A stretch of DNA of 63,973 bases, counting the filler, from Craspedostauros australis (taxonomy: Eukaryota): the NCBI GenBank assembly GCA_030167865.1. It is 14 parts of 14 records of this genome, joined end to end, with 100 filler letters (N's around TTAATTAATTAA, not from the genome) between each part and the next. Parts side by side here need not be neighbours in the genome. Positions count along the whole stretch, not along the records: positions 11,184 to 27,556 come from JALAGF010003639.1; 13 more parts are not named here. One strand, given 5' to 3'. A program made the position numbers and the translations under genes. Positions 11,514 to 24,060 of this stretch are shown here, one piece after another. How positions within the stretch are numbered: the stretch's first letter is position 1; each line of letters opens with the position of its first letter. Below the pieces are notes generated by a model that was not told the DNA's origin, did not search any database, and saw nothing but the letters and a program-made list of their open reading frames with translations.

Positions 11514-12182
11514 TCAGAGACAGAATCTACAAAACAGATTGAAGTGCCAAGAGCATCGGGCAAGAGAACGAACGGACACCCAGAGGATCGGAGTGCCAAC
11601 GTAATGAAACAACAAACGAACGACTATCAACCAACACCATCTTCCACGATCGTAGGTTACCGTGAGCGGAACTTGCCAACAGGCTTGCAGTAGTCCTTTG
11701 ACTAGAGCTGTGCTAATCAACTTGCATACATGGATGAACACAGTCATACCATTTTCATCTGGAACGTTCCCTCTGCAGTTGTGGTTCTTGGCAAGGTACA
11801 AGGCAACCTTGATCGAGTTGCGCATGCATGCGCCATGGATGGGCAAACAGTCACCACGAGAGGGCAGGAGTAGGCTAGTGCCAGCAAGGCACAGTGAGTA
11901 TCGAGCGATGTCAAGGTGATCGAAGCAGCAAGCAGCGTATAGCGCGCCATACCCAGCTTCGCCCAGCACATCCACATTGGCACCACACTGCTCCACCACG
12001 AATCGCACGATGTCATGCGAGTTCGCACAGCATGCGTGGAACAACTACGACCGTCCCTTGTGGTCAGGGAGTTCGTTGACATCAGGATGTCGAGCATCCA
12101 TAAGATGCTCCTGGAAGACCAGGACATTTCCAGCAAAAACATCGCAGAAGAGTTGGTCCGTAATCGAAGAGGGAAGAGACAT
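11514..12182 (-). pseudogene. Ankyrin-repeat protein with an in-frame premature stop
   Basis: GRS*LFHACC...DIVRFVVEQCGANVD, GYGALYAACC and LPIHGAC are ankyrin-like units. TAG at 12047-12045 separates two same-frame ORFs. Confidence 0.7.
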
Positions 12183-14954
12183 CGCTGTGCGGTATTGTTG
12201 ATGGGGATACGAATTGGGAGAACAAAGAAGACTCAATTAGAATGCAATCAACACAGGTGCCTGTCGCAAATACAACGACGTCAGAGACGTGACAAGAACA
12301 GGAGAGTAGAAGCAAAACACAAGGGATCAATCAGTGCGAACAGAACAGTGATCCAGAGATGGCGAGTAATCGATTGTTGGAAATCCAGGGTGGTGTGATA
12401 GTAGAAAGCTAATCGTTTGTTAGAATCTACTTCTCTGAACTGTGAGCTCTTCATGGCTCTCGATTGCAAAGTCCAATCTCCTCCTGAGATTGCCGTGGGT
12501 CCCTCTGTTGGTCTAGCAGGCATCCATCTTGCATTCATCGCAAATTCACCATGGACATGCATGCACCACCGAGCACCCCATGTTCGTGCACATTAGCACG
12601 TTGTCCTCCGCTGATAGTTTCGATGCCGTAGACATCAACGAGTCGTAGGCATGACACAGATCGGCTCATTCGATCAGATCACGATATCTCATGCGTTGCG
12701 GGAACGCCTTGGTTGGGAGCTCGTTCAGCTCCTTGATCATCAAACATCTCCGATCATCTCCGATCTACTCCGGTCGACTCCGATCGTTTCTCTTTGTTTC
12801 TTCGCCGATCACTTCACCGGCTTCCTGGAGGTTCCTCATACCAGGTTCGTTCACAAGCCATCTCACACTTCGTGATGTTTGCGTTCTCCCAGTACTCTTT
12901 TCTTATTGGTTGCGACATGGGGGCCGTAGTCGCTCGTATCGTGATGTTGGTCACGATTCCAACATCCCTGCCCCCTGCGACATACACGTGTGATTGGCGT
13001 TCCTGCATTGGAGTCATGAACGCCAAAGTACGGTTCGCATTCGGCACGTGTCGTTCTCCACCGCATGAAACGTGCAGCTCACATTTTTCTGTGTCACAAC
13101 GATCAAACGTGGGAGTTGCGGTAATGTAGAATATCCCGACGCTCGGTTCCTTACTCTTGGGAGGTGCGGCAATATGGTGTTTCAGAACACCCGATTCCTG
13201 ACAATCGATGGCCACATGCAGCATAGTAGGTACTACAATCGCAGCACACAAGGATGAAGATGATTGCATCAAATTCCACAAGTGGCATGCAGAACCATGA
13301 TAGGTACAGTAGACAGCAGCACAACGAGGTCAGTGGAACAGTCACTTTGCACGTGGCTTACTGATGAATTGGATGGAGAAAATGAAGTAGGATGAATTGC
13401 AAGAGTATGCAGACAACTATTGGACCACAGGCAAGGGCNTTGGCGCAACCGTGCGTACGAATGTGAGTAGGAGCAGAGGGGAGAGCAAGGGAGCAGCAAC
13501 TAGCAGGATCTGCATGATGAAGCCTGAGGAGACGACAAGGATGACACGAGCAGGAAGCAGGCACCAACATGGATACCATGGACGATTATAGTATGGTGCA
13601 AAGTGACGCATTGCCTTTCAGTTGAGTCTGACGAAGGTAGGAGTGCGCGATGAGCAGCACGCTGTGTGTATGGATGTGCCTATGTATTTTAGTCTACTTC
13701 GTCACAGTGGGTACGCACGGGAGAATAGCGGAGAACCCGATTCACTGCCGAAGATAAACTGAGTGTGCCGGATGAGGCGCATGCTCTATACGAATGGTAT
13801 CACATCACATTTGTAGTACCATACCAAGGTACTCGGTACATGGTATACACAGAGGAGCTCGAAGAGAGTTCAGAGGTCGCAGACATTTCAACCCACGTCA
13901 TCATGTCCAGCAACGTGACAACCTGTCAGGCTTGCCGGGAACGTCATTGCGAAGGGATCTCTCCAAAATTGCCGCGGATCCCAAAACACTGAACGGCAAC
14001 CAACCGAACTGCGAGCCGGCAAGGTGCTGCAAACTCGTCCGAGCGGAGTAGTAGTGCCCTTGGGAACGACAACACCACCTGAATTCGCTGCAAAGAAAGA
14101 CCAAAATGGTGAGACGCAGAACATCAAATTCTTGTTGGTGATGCTGCGGTGTTGTTCCAAGCCACGAAACCGAGCAACAAGCGCAGAACGCATCTTGCAC
14201 ATGCTCGGCTGCGGACCATCATGCTCCACTCACCATGACAACACTGGAACTGTCGCCTGTCATCTCTCCAATGTTGCACGGAGGAAGAGTCGAGTGGCTC
14301 CTTGGTGGATCGGTGCAACGATACCTTGTACAGTATACTAGAATAGAATAGTAATTCGCTGTCGTGCACGCGTTTTCTCTCGCTCGTCGGAGCCGAAAGG
14401 TCGGCCCATCACTCCGAACATCCCGATTAGCCTCTGGAGCGGTGGGGCCGCAAACACCCTCGGACAGAGTAGTCCTACCCCATGATCGCGGTGTGAGTGC
14501 CAGGGATGTCTCTCAACGACAGTGATTCCACACCGAGAATAGTTTCCCCCTCTTGTTCTCGCAAATTGTTTCGCGGAAAGTTCATCGAGTTCCAGGTTTG
14601 ACAAGTTCACGATCAATAGCAAGAAGCTAGAGAGGGAGCAGGTTAGAGACGAGAGCGAGCGACGATTGGCCTCGATCTGACCGCAGATCTGTCCGAAGAT
14701 CACGCAACAGGCTCACGGCATGCCATTCAAACCACAATCAGCAGTCATCATACCTATTACATGATGTTATGCAACACAAGCTCCATGAAACTGAGAGACT
14801 ACGAAGGCAACCTGATATAGAATACTAGATATGAACTACCGGTGTCCATTTCCGTGGAAACAGATTACGGATACTCCAGAAGCGAAGTTTGTTGCCGACA
14901 TGGCCATTCGAAAGCATGACCTTCGTATCGCCAGGTGGCGCAATGATCGACAGC

Positions 14955-16308
14955 TCAATCATCGAAGCAGCCCGGTGGAGTTGGACAGATGGATGGATCG
15001 GAGCCTGCAATGCCAATGAAGTTAGCTTTGGCGTACTCAATGAGCTTCGTCGTCTTCACATCCTCACCATCCATCGCGGCAAGGTTTGCGCCGACGATTA
15101 TCGCGCAGTTGCTGAGCGCTCGCGATGCACGTGGATACTCCAAGAAGTCACAGAAGGTATCAAAAAAGAGCGTGCCCTTGTCGTGCGCGACGAAGTACCC
15201 CACCATCATGAAGCGGACGACTTCGCGTTCGGTACGACGAAGATTTTGAGTGATTGGTGTTTCCCCACCTTGTGCGAGCAGTTCTGGAATGGAACTTGGT
15301 TCAACAACGCTCCTCAAGTATGGAGGGAATAGGCTGTTCACAGCTGTCTCGAAAAGGAATGGTTGTATAGTATCTAGGCCTTCCAAGAAGTCGGTAAGTC
15401 CATCCCCGATACTGATGGAAGAGACAGCAGATGGCAAGAAGAAACGTTGACCAGTCGCATCGGTGATCACGCCGCCAATCGTCCCTGTGTCGGTCAGTGA
15501 CCCAGTCGCAATCGCAACAGTCGCGAGCAGAGGGTTGTCAAAGCCACCAGGGAGGCCTTGTTGGATCCCCCCTTGCAGACGTTGGATCAGCTCGTCGGTC
15601 ACGAGTGGAGACTGGCCGAAGATTGCCTTCAGCAAGGCTGTATCTGTCAAGATTTGTCCCTTGACGCCTTTCATTTGGATTCTCGCCAGTTGTGTGTTGT
15701 CGATGGCAGGATCCAACGACCAAAACTCGATGAGCTTCTTCAGAGTGTCACAACAAACCTCAGTGAACTGTCCGTTTCGTCCGATCCCTGGATTGCCCGC
15801 CACACAGGCATCTGGGCCCGCGACACTTGTGAGCGTGTAAGCAGTGGTGGCTCCAACACCGCTAAAATCAATGGCACCAAACTGCTCAAGCTGCCGGAGG
15901 AGCTCCTTGTTTTGAATTTGAGCAAGTTCCCCGTAAAACCATTCAGTTTGCCTGTTTCTCCAGGCTTCAGTGTTGACCTCCGTTTCATCTGACGAGAATC
16001 CTCCGAGCTTGGAGTCCTTGGACTGAGAGCCGCCGTTGGCACCCTTGAGGTTGCGGGTCTTCTGCATCATCACTTGCGTTTCTATTGGCGTTCACGGTGC
16101 AGTTGGGGAGGGATAAAGAGAGTTGCGATAAAATGTGAAACGCAGTGCAAACGGAGTCGTGAGTTGGAGGGTCATTCGGTGGTCGTCGCGTGTGATGTTT
16201 GACTGCGTGATGTTATCTTGAGATGTTGTGCGTACCTTGGCCCAAGGTGAAGCCCATGACGGAGCTCATGATGGAGAGGAACATAGTTGCTTTGCCGAAG
16301 GAAACCAT
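14955..16308 (-). CDS. Secreted protein resembling diatom neutral zinc metallopeptidases but lacking HExxH; exons 16308-16236 and 16081-14955
   Basis: The signal-peptide exon MVSFGKATMFLSIMSSVMGFTLGQ splices (GT...AG) in frame to the 372-aa ORF. RNL propeptide-like motif. NPLL, IGDG, RRTE and GYFVAH motifs. Confidence 0.6.
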
Positions 16309-17967
16309 GATGAAGATCAGATGTTTGGATGAGAATAGAATGGAGACTTCTGGTGTGGTTGTGTTTGTGAATGCGGATAGGTGCTGGCTGTTGACTGTTG
16401 TTCGTTGTTTTGGTTGTCAGCGAATGCTTTTTGTGAGGATGAGGAGTTGCGACGAGTAAACACCATCCAAGAAGAAGCGTGAGCAGAGTGTTGTGTGGCG
16501 TGCTCCATCGTGCGGATATGCACTCTTGCTGGCAAATGGTATTCACTTTTCTCGTGCTGCGGTTGTGCCCGTTGGACGCAACGGTGAAGCTCGTCAAGTG
16601 AACTCAGTCTTGTTCGCAAAAAAAAAAAACAGAGCACGAGCCAGCCGTGGATTCTGGGGTGACATCACTCGTCGAGTTGACACGATACCGTGCTTCTTTC
16701 GTCGATCCAACATCGCTTCAAGAGTTCCAGCCAAATCGATCGTGTGTTCCCACCAGCACCGTTTATCCATTGCATAGTTGGCAGGGTATCGCGGAACTCT
16801 CGCTCTCTGACCGCGTGAGGAGTGATGCGCAGTGAAGGAGACGACAGGTGCTACTTTCTTGACCCAAGGAGGCCTTGCGCTGCGGACGACCTGTAAAGAA
16901 TTGGTTTAGTATCAATGCGAGACCCCGCTCAACTCGCGTTCGCGACCATGATCACCGAGACGACACAGTTGGGCAGGGTGCGGATGATACTATCTTGATA
17001 GCGGCGCTGCAACGTTGGCCCGAATCGCCACACCACTTGAGATGCATGCTCGTTCGCTCACCACGGAGGCAGCCGGATTTTCTCTGTTCGCACATGCCTG
17101 AGCCGAATGTTTACTCCATCACTTCGATCATCTTGACGAGTCTCCAGATTGGCGTGTTCAAGATCGGAGTACGATCTCTTCTATCCTGAGTGCTACATGC
17201 CTCATCTTTAGGGTTTGGCAGCCCAACATGACTGTGGAGATCGAGAGCGCATCACATTTGTTTGGGATCGGATATGCTTCCGCGAGCGCTGTTGCCGCAT
17301 TTAGTTGCCATTTGCGGATGCAGTTCCTGCTGGCATACCGTGCCTTCGAAACACTTGCGGCGTGTGCTGGCTTCTATTATAGCTTGTATCGTCCAACGCA
17401 GTGCTGCTGAGTGGCATCCGAGCACGGTATCAGCCCTGATTGAGCAGATCTTATCCATGCGTTCAGGCCTTGGAAAGTGGTTGATGGGCACAACACGTCG
17501 ATGCTAATTTGCGAGTCGCTGTGTCAGCGGTGATCGACTGGTATCGAGTGGCATCGAATGGTATCCTTTCAGATCTGCTTCCTTAATCCCCCTTCCGACC
17601 TCTCTTGGCTAGCTCCCCTCTCTGGTGGCCTCCGTTGATGGGTCGGGTTGCCGTTTGATTTCTTGCTTCCTTGCTTAGATACCAACACGGATGGACGAAC
17701 AGACGACATTGCGTTCCGAAACTCGGAAAATGATCTTGTCGTTGTTTGTTTTCTCGTTTGTTTTCTCGTTTGTCTCCTCCCCCACCATGGTGTGCGGTAC
17801 CTGCGATCGATGATGGCGAAGGGACAACCACCTCTGCTGGCTCTCGAGAGACCCAACAAGAGGATCAAAAGCAAAAGAAACAACCGAAAAGAAATCAAGA
17901 GAGACGGCTGAGACGATATCAAAGAAGGAAGCAGGAGGAAGGATCAACATAAAAGTATTATATAGTC

Positions 17968-20900
17968 ATGGCGGTCGAGATCGTGTCCAAGACGAAGGTG
18001 GGAGGTGTCAACGGAGGCATCTACCACCGCATCAAGCATGCGTCAACGTCCACCAAGACGGACATGATCTTCGGGCTTTACCTGCCAAGATGCCACCAAT
18101 CGACGAAGGAGCCGACGCCCATCCTCTTCTGGCTCAGTGGATTGACGTGCGATGACACCAACTTTGCCAACAAGGCTGGCAGCAAGGCCTTCGAACAGGC
18201 TGAGAAGGAGGGCATCGCGCTCGTCATGCCGGACACGTCGCCGCGTGGCGATGACTCCGTTCCAAACGTCGATTCCTACGACATGGGCAAAGGAGCAGGC
18301 TTCTACGTCGATGCGACGGAGGAGCCGTACAAGACCAACTATCAGATGTACACCTACATCACGGTTGAGCTCCCTGAAGTCTTGGAGAAGAATTTCAGAG
18401 TGGGAATGTTTGGGCTTCGCGCCATCTGCGGCCAGTGAGTTACACCCATGCGCATCGTGCAAGCGCAATCATATGTATTATACTATGCAAGCACTATCAT
18501 ACAGGAACTATTACATGAGGCAAGAACCATCATACGAGCACAAGCATTGCCGTGCATGCCAGCTCTGTCCAACGAGTATGGTACATTGTGGATGCAAGCA
18601 TTCGTCGGAACGAACCATGCCATCAGCAACACAGCAACGGCGATCCTCACACGTTCGAACCCCTTCTCTTCGTCTGGTTCAACCTTGTCCAACCTCGTCC
18701 AACCACCCACTCACTCGATACATGCCAAATTGGTGTCATCTGAATGTCCATTTGCATTTGCATCGTTCTTCTCGGCGCAATTTGAGCCTTCGTTTTGGTT
18801 GCTATGCTATGCTATCGTATGCTCTGCTCGACTGTACTCGTCAACCCATTTCCGGCATCATCCTCGACGGCGCATCGTGCTGCTCCTCGCGCAATTAGCT
18901 CCATGGGAGGACACGGCGCTTTGACAATTGCGTTGAAGTCTCCGACCAGTTGGGTAAGTTGTTCTGTTCCTGCTGTGCATCGGCAGGGCAGGGGAGGAGG
19001 ACTGTTGCCGAGACGCGCCAAGACGCCACATCATCCTTGAAAGGGTGCTTGCGGAATCAAAAATGCTCACAACACTCATTCATTCACATGACATTCACAT
19101 GGCATTCTCCATCATTAATTATCTTCCGCCATTGCACCCTCCCGCATCCATCACACCTCATACATTCGGTAGGTATCTGTGAGTGCATTCTCGCCCATCT
19201 GCAACCCAACGAAAGTGCCATGGGGCCACAAGGCTTTCAAGGCATACCTAGGGAGCGTGGAAGCAGGAGAAGCGCACGACGCCACCTGCTTGCTGACCGC
19301 CCCCGTCCCGCAGTTTGATAACATCCTCATCGATCAGGGGACTGATGACGAATTCCTCTTGGGTCAGCTCACCACGGATGTCTTCTTCAACCAGGCCAAC
19401 AAGGTCGGGCAGAAGGTCACCATCAACATGAGGAAAGGGTTCGATCATTCCTACCACTTCATCGCTGCGTTCATCACGGACCATGTGGCTCACCATGGCC
19501 TGCGACTTCGCATGAAGCTGCGGGCCATGAGAGCCACGTACTCGACCTACAACTTTTCGACGACGAAGGGCAAGCCCATCAAGTGCAAGGCGATGATCGC
19601 CAAGAAGCCGCAGGAACCGCTCACGCAGGAAATGATTACGGTGGATCCGCCAAAGAAGGGGGAAATCCGCGCCAAGGTTATCGCGAACTCGCTCTGCCAT
19701 GCCGATATCTACGCATTGAACGGCGAAGACCCACGAGCTCATTTCCCATGCATATTGGGGCACGAGACTGGCTGCATCGTGGAGTCTGTCGGGGAAGGCG
19801 TGACTTCCGTCCAGCCCGGTGACCACATCATCCCATGCTATACCCCACAGTGCTGCGAGACCACGTGCGAGATCTGCCAATCCTCAAAGTCGAATCTGTG
19901 CCGGGCAAACCGAGCGACGCAGATGAAGGGCGTGATGGCCGATGGAACGGTGCGGTTCCATGACAAGGACGGCAAAGACATCCACCACTTCATGGGTTGC
20001 TCCGCCATGACCGAATACACCGTGCTCCAAGAGATTTCATGCGCCAAGATATCCAAGGAAATCGCTCTTGACCAAGCATGCGTGTTTGGTTGCAGCGTGA
20101 GCACCGGGCTTGGGGCCGTGTGGAACACATGCAAAGTCGAAGTCAACTCGTCGGTTGCCGTGTTTGGTTTGGGTGCAGTCGTAAGTGTTTGTGATGGTGG
20201 GATATGGCGCAACCGCGCAGCTGATGCCCGCCGTAACTGCGTGGCTGGTGTGATGTGCATTCGTGGAGGCCAATACGAACACCAGTGGAGTGTGGTGTGG
20301 CGTGGCACGGCATCGCATCGCACTGCTTCATGGTGCACATCATCCTTACACTCACACTCATCTTGTTTCTTTCTTTCCTGCGACATCATTTTCACCATTG
20401 CTATCCAACTCTGCGCCTTGCTGACTTGGCTCACCTACATACGAAGGGATTGGCCGTTGTGCAAGGAGCGAAGCTTGCGGGTGCATCGAAGATCATTGCC
20501 GTGGACACCCAGAGCGCGAAGTTTGATTTAGCCAAGCGGCTTGGTGCGACGGAGTGTGTCAATCCGGACAAGCTAGGCATCCCGGTGCAAAAGTACATCG
20601 CAGGCACCTTCACCCCATCAGGCGTCGACTACTCGTTCGATTGCTCTGGCAACGCGAAGCTGATGCAGCCGGGCCATGACTGTTGTCACAAGGCGTGGGG
20701 CACGTACTGCTTGATCGGCGTTGCCACATCAGGCCACGAAGTGTCGGTGCGTCCGCCCAAGCTGGAAACTGGACGCAAGTTGGTGGTGTCATCCTTTGGT
20801 GGGTTCAAATGCAGGAAGGACATCCCCAATCTCGTGCTGCAGTCTCTTGATGGTGTCATCCCGATCGAGGACTACTGCACGCACGTCTTCGATGGCATCG

Positions 20901-20968
20901 CCTCAACCAACGACGCCGTTCTGGCATTCCACAAGGCTGACTGCCATCGGTGCGTCGTGCGGTACTAG
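17968..20968 (+). CDS. Fusion of S-formylglutathione hydrolase (ESD/FrmB-like) and class III ADH / S-(hydroxymethyl)glutathione dehydrogenase (ADH5/FrmA-like); exons 17968-18434, 18899-18953, 19173-20180 and 20447-20968
   Basis: Hydrolase half: WLSGLTC, PDTSPRG, GHSMGG restored by splicing, DQG-x-DD and DHSY. It continues in one frame into the ADH half: CH-x-D, GHE, a structural Zn Cys cluster, FGC, GLGAVG and AVD. All three introns are GT-AG and in phase. Confidence 0.93.
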
Positions 20969-21487
20969 ATACCAGTCGCCGTGCAGGCGCTGTGGTATGA
21001 GCCCCGTTCGGACATCTTCCGCTCTGTCGAACTGCTTCATGATAATGGCACATACATCATTCATACGTATTCTCGTACGCACGTTAAGTAGAGCATTCTA
21101 TGACATGACTTTACAGAGTAATCATAGGACTGTCATGGAACGCGAAATCGAAGTCAAGCCATCCATCGAGGTAATCGATAGCGTAGATGCGGGCATACGG
21201 GGCGTCGTGGTTGCTGTTTCCTGTGCCAATCGACGAAGCTTGCACTTTGGAGATTGATCTTCTCCAACATGAACAAAGTCTTCGACGAGGAGGAGCGAGT
21301 ACCGACCAGAGTTGGCCATGTTTCTGCTGACAGAATCCGCTCATACTGCAACAGTCATGACTGTCTGTGTTAGCTCCCAGCGGCCTGATGGGCTCAGTTG
21401 CATTTGACAGCAACCACACACAGACACTGCATCGTATCATCATTTCGTTTTGTTTGGGGTTGTTTCCTTTTGATTTTCTATTTGGAT

Positions 21488-21697
21488 TTAGATGGTCTTG
21501 CGCTCAAGACCTGGTGGAAGCGACTGGGTGAGCTTGTTGGCCTTCTCAGAGTCAGTGACAACGAGTGTGTACAACAGACGAGAGCATCGGATCTTGAATT
21601 TCGTCTGCGTATCACGCTTCTTGATCTTGACGAGCTTGGCGTCCGCTCTGCGGGCCTTCTGCAAGAAGTCTCTGATATCGGTGATTTGCTTTGGCAT
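21488..21697 (-). CDS. RPL38: 60S ribosomal protein L38 (eL38), 69 aa, intronless
   Basis: [21 protein letters not shown]...[15 protein letters not shown]...[10 protein letters not shown]. Confidence 0.97.
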   Translation of the reverse strand: MPKQITDIRDFLQKARRADAKLVKIKKRDTQTKFKIRCSRLLYTLVVTDSEKANKLTQSLPPGLERKTI

Positions 21698-23517
21698 GTT
21701 GCTGTGTGTGTTTGACCGAGTTGGGATGGAATATCTGTGCAAGACTGTGGCATGAATCAGGAGAGTATGTGTAATGTGCATTTCGTTTCATCGGGAACGG
21801 AGAGGTGTTGCGTAGCGACGTTCGCGTCGTAGTTTCAAGTTTCATGAAAAGAGATCGATCACCAACCAACACAAAATCAAATTGAAAGGCAGGAGAGAAA
21901 GCAGTTGGTGGTGTGAGATGTATTCGCACTCGAAGAGTCGGAGCATGTTGCTACGGGGGTGATTTCCAATGTCCAACGCAACGGCGTTCGTCATCCGCCG
22001 CCATGGCAAGCGAAAGGCTTTGATAGCGGATGCCATTTCGAGGATCGTCATCGCAGAGCTCGCTTGGAGGAAGCCCGCGACTCCCTTCGTCGCATCTTCA
22101 TGATGGGCCCTCAAGGATGCAGGGAGACCTGCAGCTCCTGTGCTTGTCATATCCGATATCCATGCAGATGGCACCCTCCATTCCATGCTCCTTCTTGGTG
22201 GAAAGCCATCTTCGTCCGAGCCATAACAGAGGCCATCACGACTTCGTTGCCTGTCCGATGCGGGTGCGCAGGTTGAAATGGTCATCGCTCCGGATGGATG
22301 TCCGTTGCTGACATCTGCCTCATCTTCCTGATCTTCCTTCCATCGCCATCGTCGAAGCCGTTCGCCGCAAACGCATCATCATCGTCAACACCGCCGCCAA
22401 CGCCATCGTCCTTACATCGTCGCTGTGTCTCAATCGCCGCGCATCGAAACCACCACCGCGAAAGCCACACACCACAACACGCCAGTACTCACCAAAACAC
22501 AACTCAACATCACGCAGCACAACACAACCCAAACGAACACGGACACAAGCAAACAACCACCCAACGACGAAGACGATGCAACAGAAACCGCAAATTCACC
22601 GACGACGCAAGGACGGAAATGGAATTCAGGTTGGTCGAATACAGTAGTAAGAGAGTAAGCGGTACTGCGATCGTCCAACAGCCCGCCGTGTCGCAGCGAC
22701 AAATCAAGTTTGAAGTCCAACTGGTCGACCATACACATGAAAGAAAAACGGCCATCCGACCTGTTGTCCACTTTTGTGCACGCATCAGAGACCTCACGCG
22801 CGCGCGCATGCTCAGTGTTCTTCTTTTGAACCGGATGAACGGTATTTTGACTTTGGGTTGTCAACAGTCACAACATCAACCACGAGCATTGTAACAAATC
22901 AGGACGAAACAACGGGAGAGAAAGGGAGAAGAGAGACAGAAATCAGCAATGCGACGACACCCCACCCTTGTCTTGTGCCGTCTCATCTTTTTGAGTTGAG
23001 GCAGTTGGTGTGACGGTGCTCCTTGTCACTTCAACCAACGAGCAAGCAAGTGCGCAGGAACAACAGAAGCAAAGACAGAATCGAAGGAAAAGGAGAGACG
23101 CAACGAAACAAAATCAAACCACAGCAAACAGAACAAGAACAACACAGGCAAGCTTGTACGATCACACGAACGGCATTCGCAAAGGTAGCCGGAAGAGTCG
23201 CAGCTTCTTTCTTCTGGTATTCCATACTCCACCATCCTGTGTCTTCCTCAGCCAGACGAGAGACGAGCACACACTACAACATCCTTGCAGCTTTGAATCC
23301 GGCATCCCCCGAGCAACAGCACTCTGGAGAGGAACGGACCTTGACTGAATCGGGCGTTCCTCGACACGCACTTGCGGCACATCCAGCCAAGGTCAACTCA
23401 CGCAAACTCATCACGACGGTTACACAAACGCAGTGAACGAGAAGACAGATCATCATCGGTGGCACCTGACGTGAAGAACCTTGGGCAGAGTGTACGCACG
23501 ATCATCGCTGCGCCAAG

Positions 23518-24017
23518 ATGGTCAAGGAAAATGATTACAAGAGTTCCAACTCGTTGCTCAAGACGGCAACCACCAGACGCTTCGGAAAGGGGCGCTTGGG
23601 ACGCGTGGCGATGCGGGCAAGGCCACCGCAGCCGCCGGTCAAGAGCGTTCAGGTGCAACAGGATGAATCCAAGATTTCCGACATGACAGATTCTGTGGAG
23701 GACGCCGTTCGCAAGACCACCGTGCGACAAGCATCAGGAACGGGATCGACGCTGTCGGCTCAGCGGACGGAGTTGTCCTCCTTCGCGCAGGCCATCAACG
23801 TCTCACCGCAGCCCCAGGCATACGTGATGCCGAAGGCCAAGATCCCCTCCAAAGCGATCAAGCCGCAGAAGAAGTCGATGCAGATTCACGAAGGCATCAG
23901 CCTCATCGCACCGTCTCCAATGACCATCGACCGCGTTCAGGTGCAGATGGGACAGGAACACGCGGCCCCCGAGTCACGGCGCTACAAACTGCAACATCAA
24001 CAGCAGGAGCAGCAGCA

Positions 24018-24060
<43 letters not shown>

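Noticed and set aside
12560..13611. Minus-strand ORF fragments that might form a membrane-anchored protein gene
   Set aside because: Multiple stops and no recognisable motif. No gene model could be supported.
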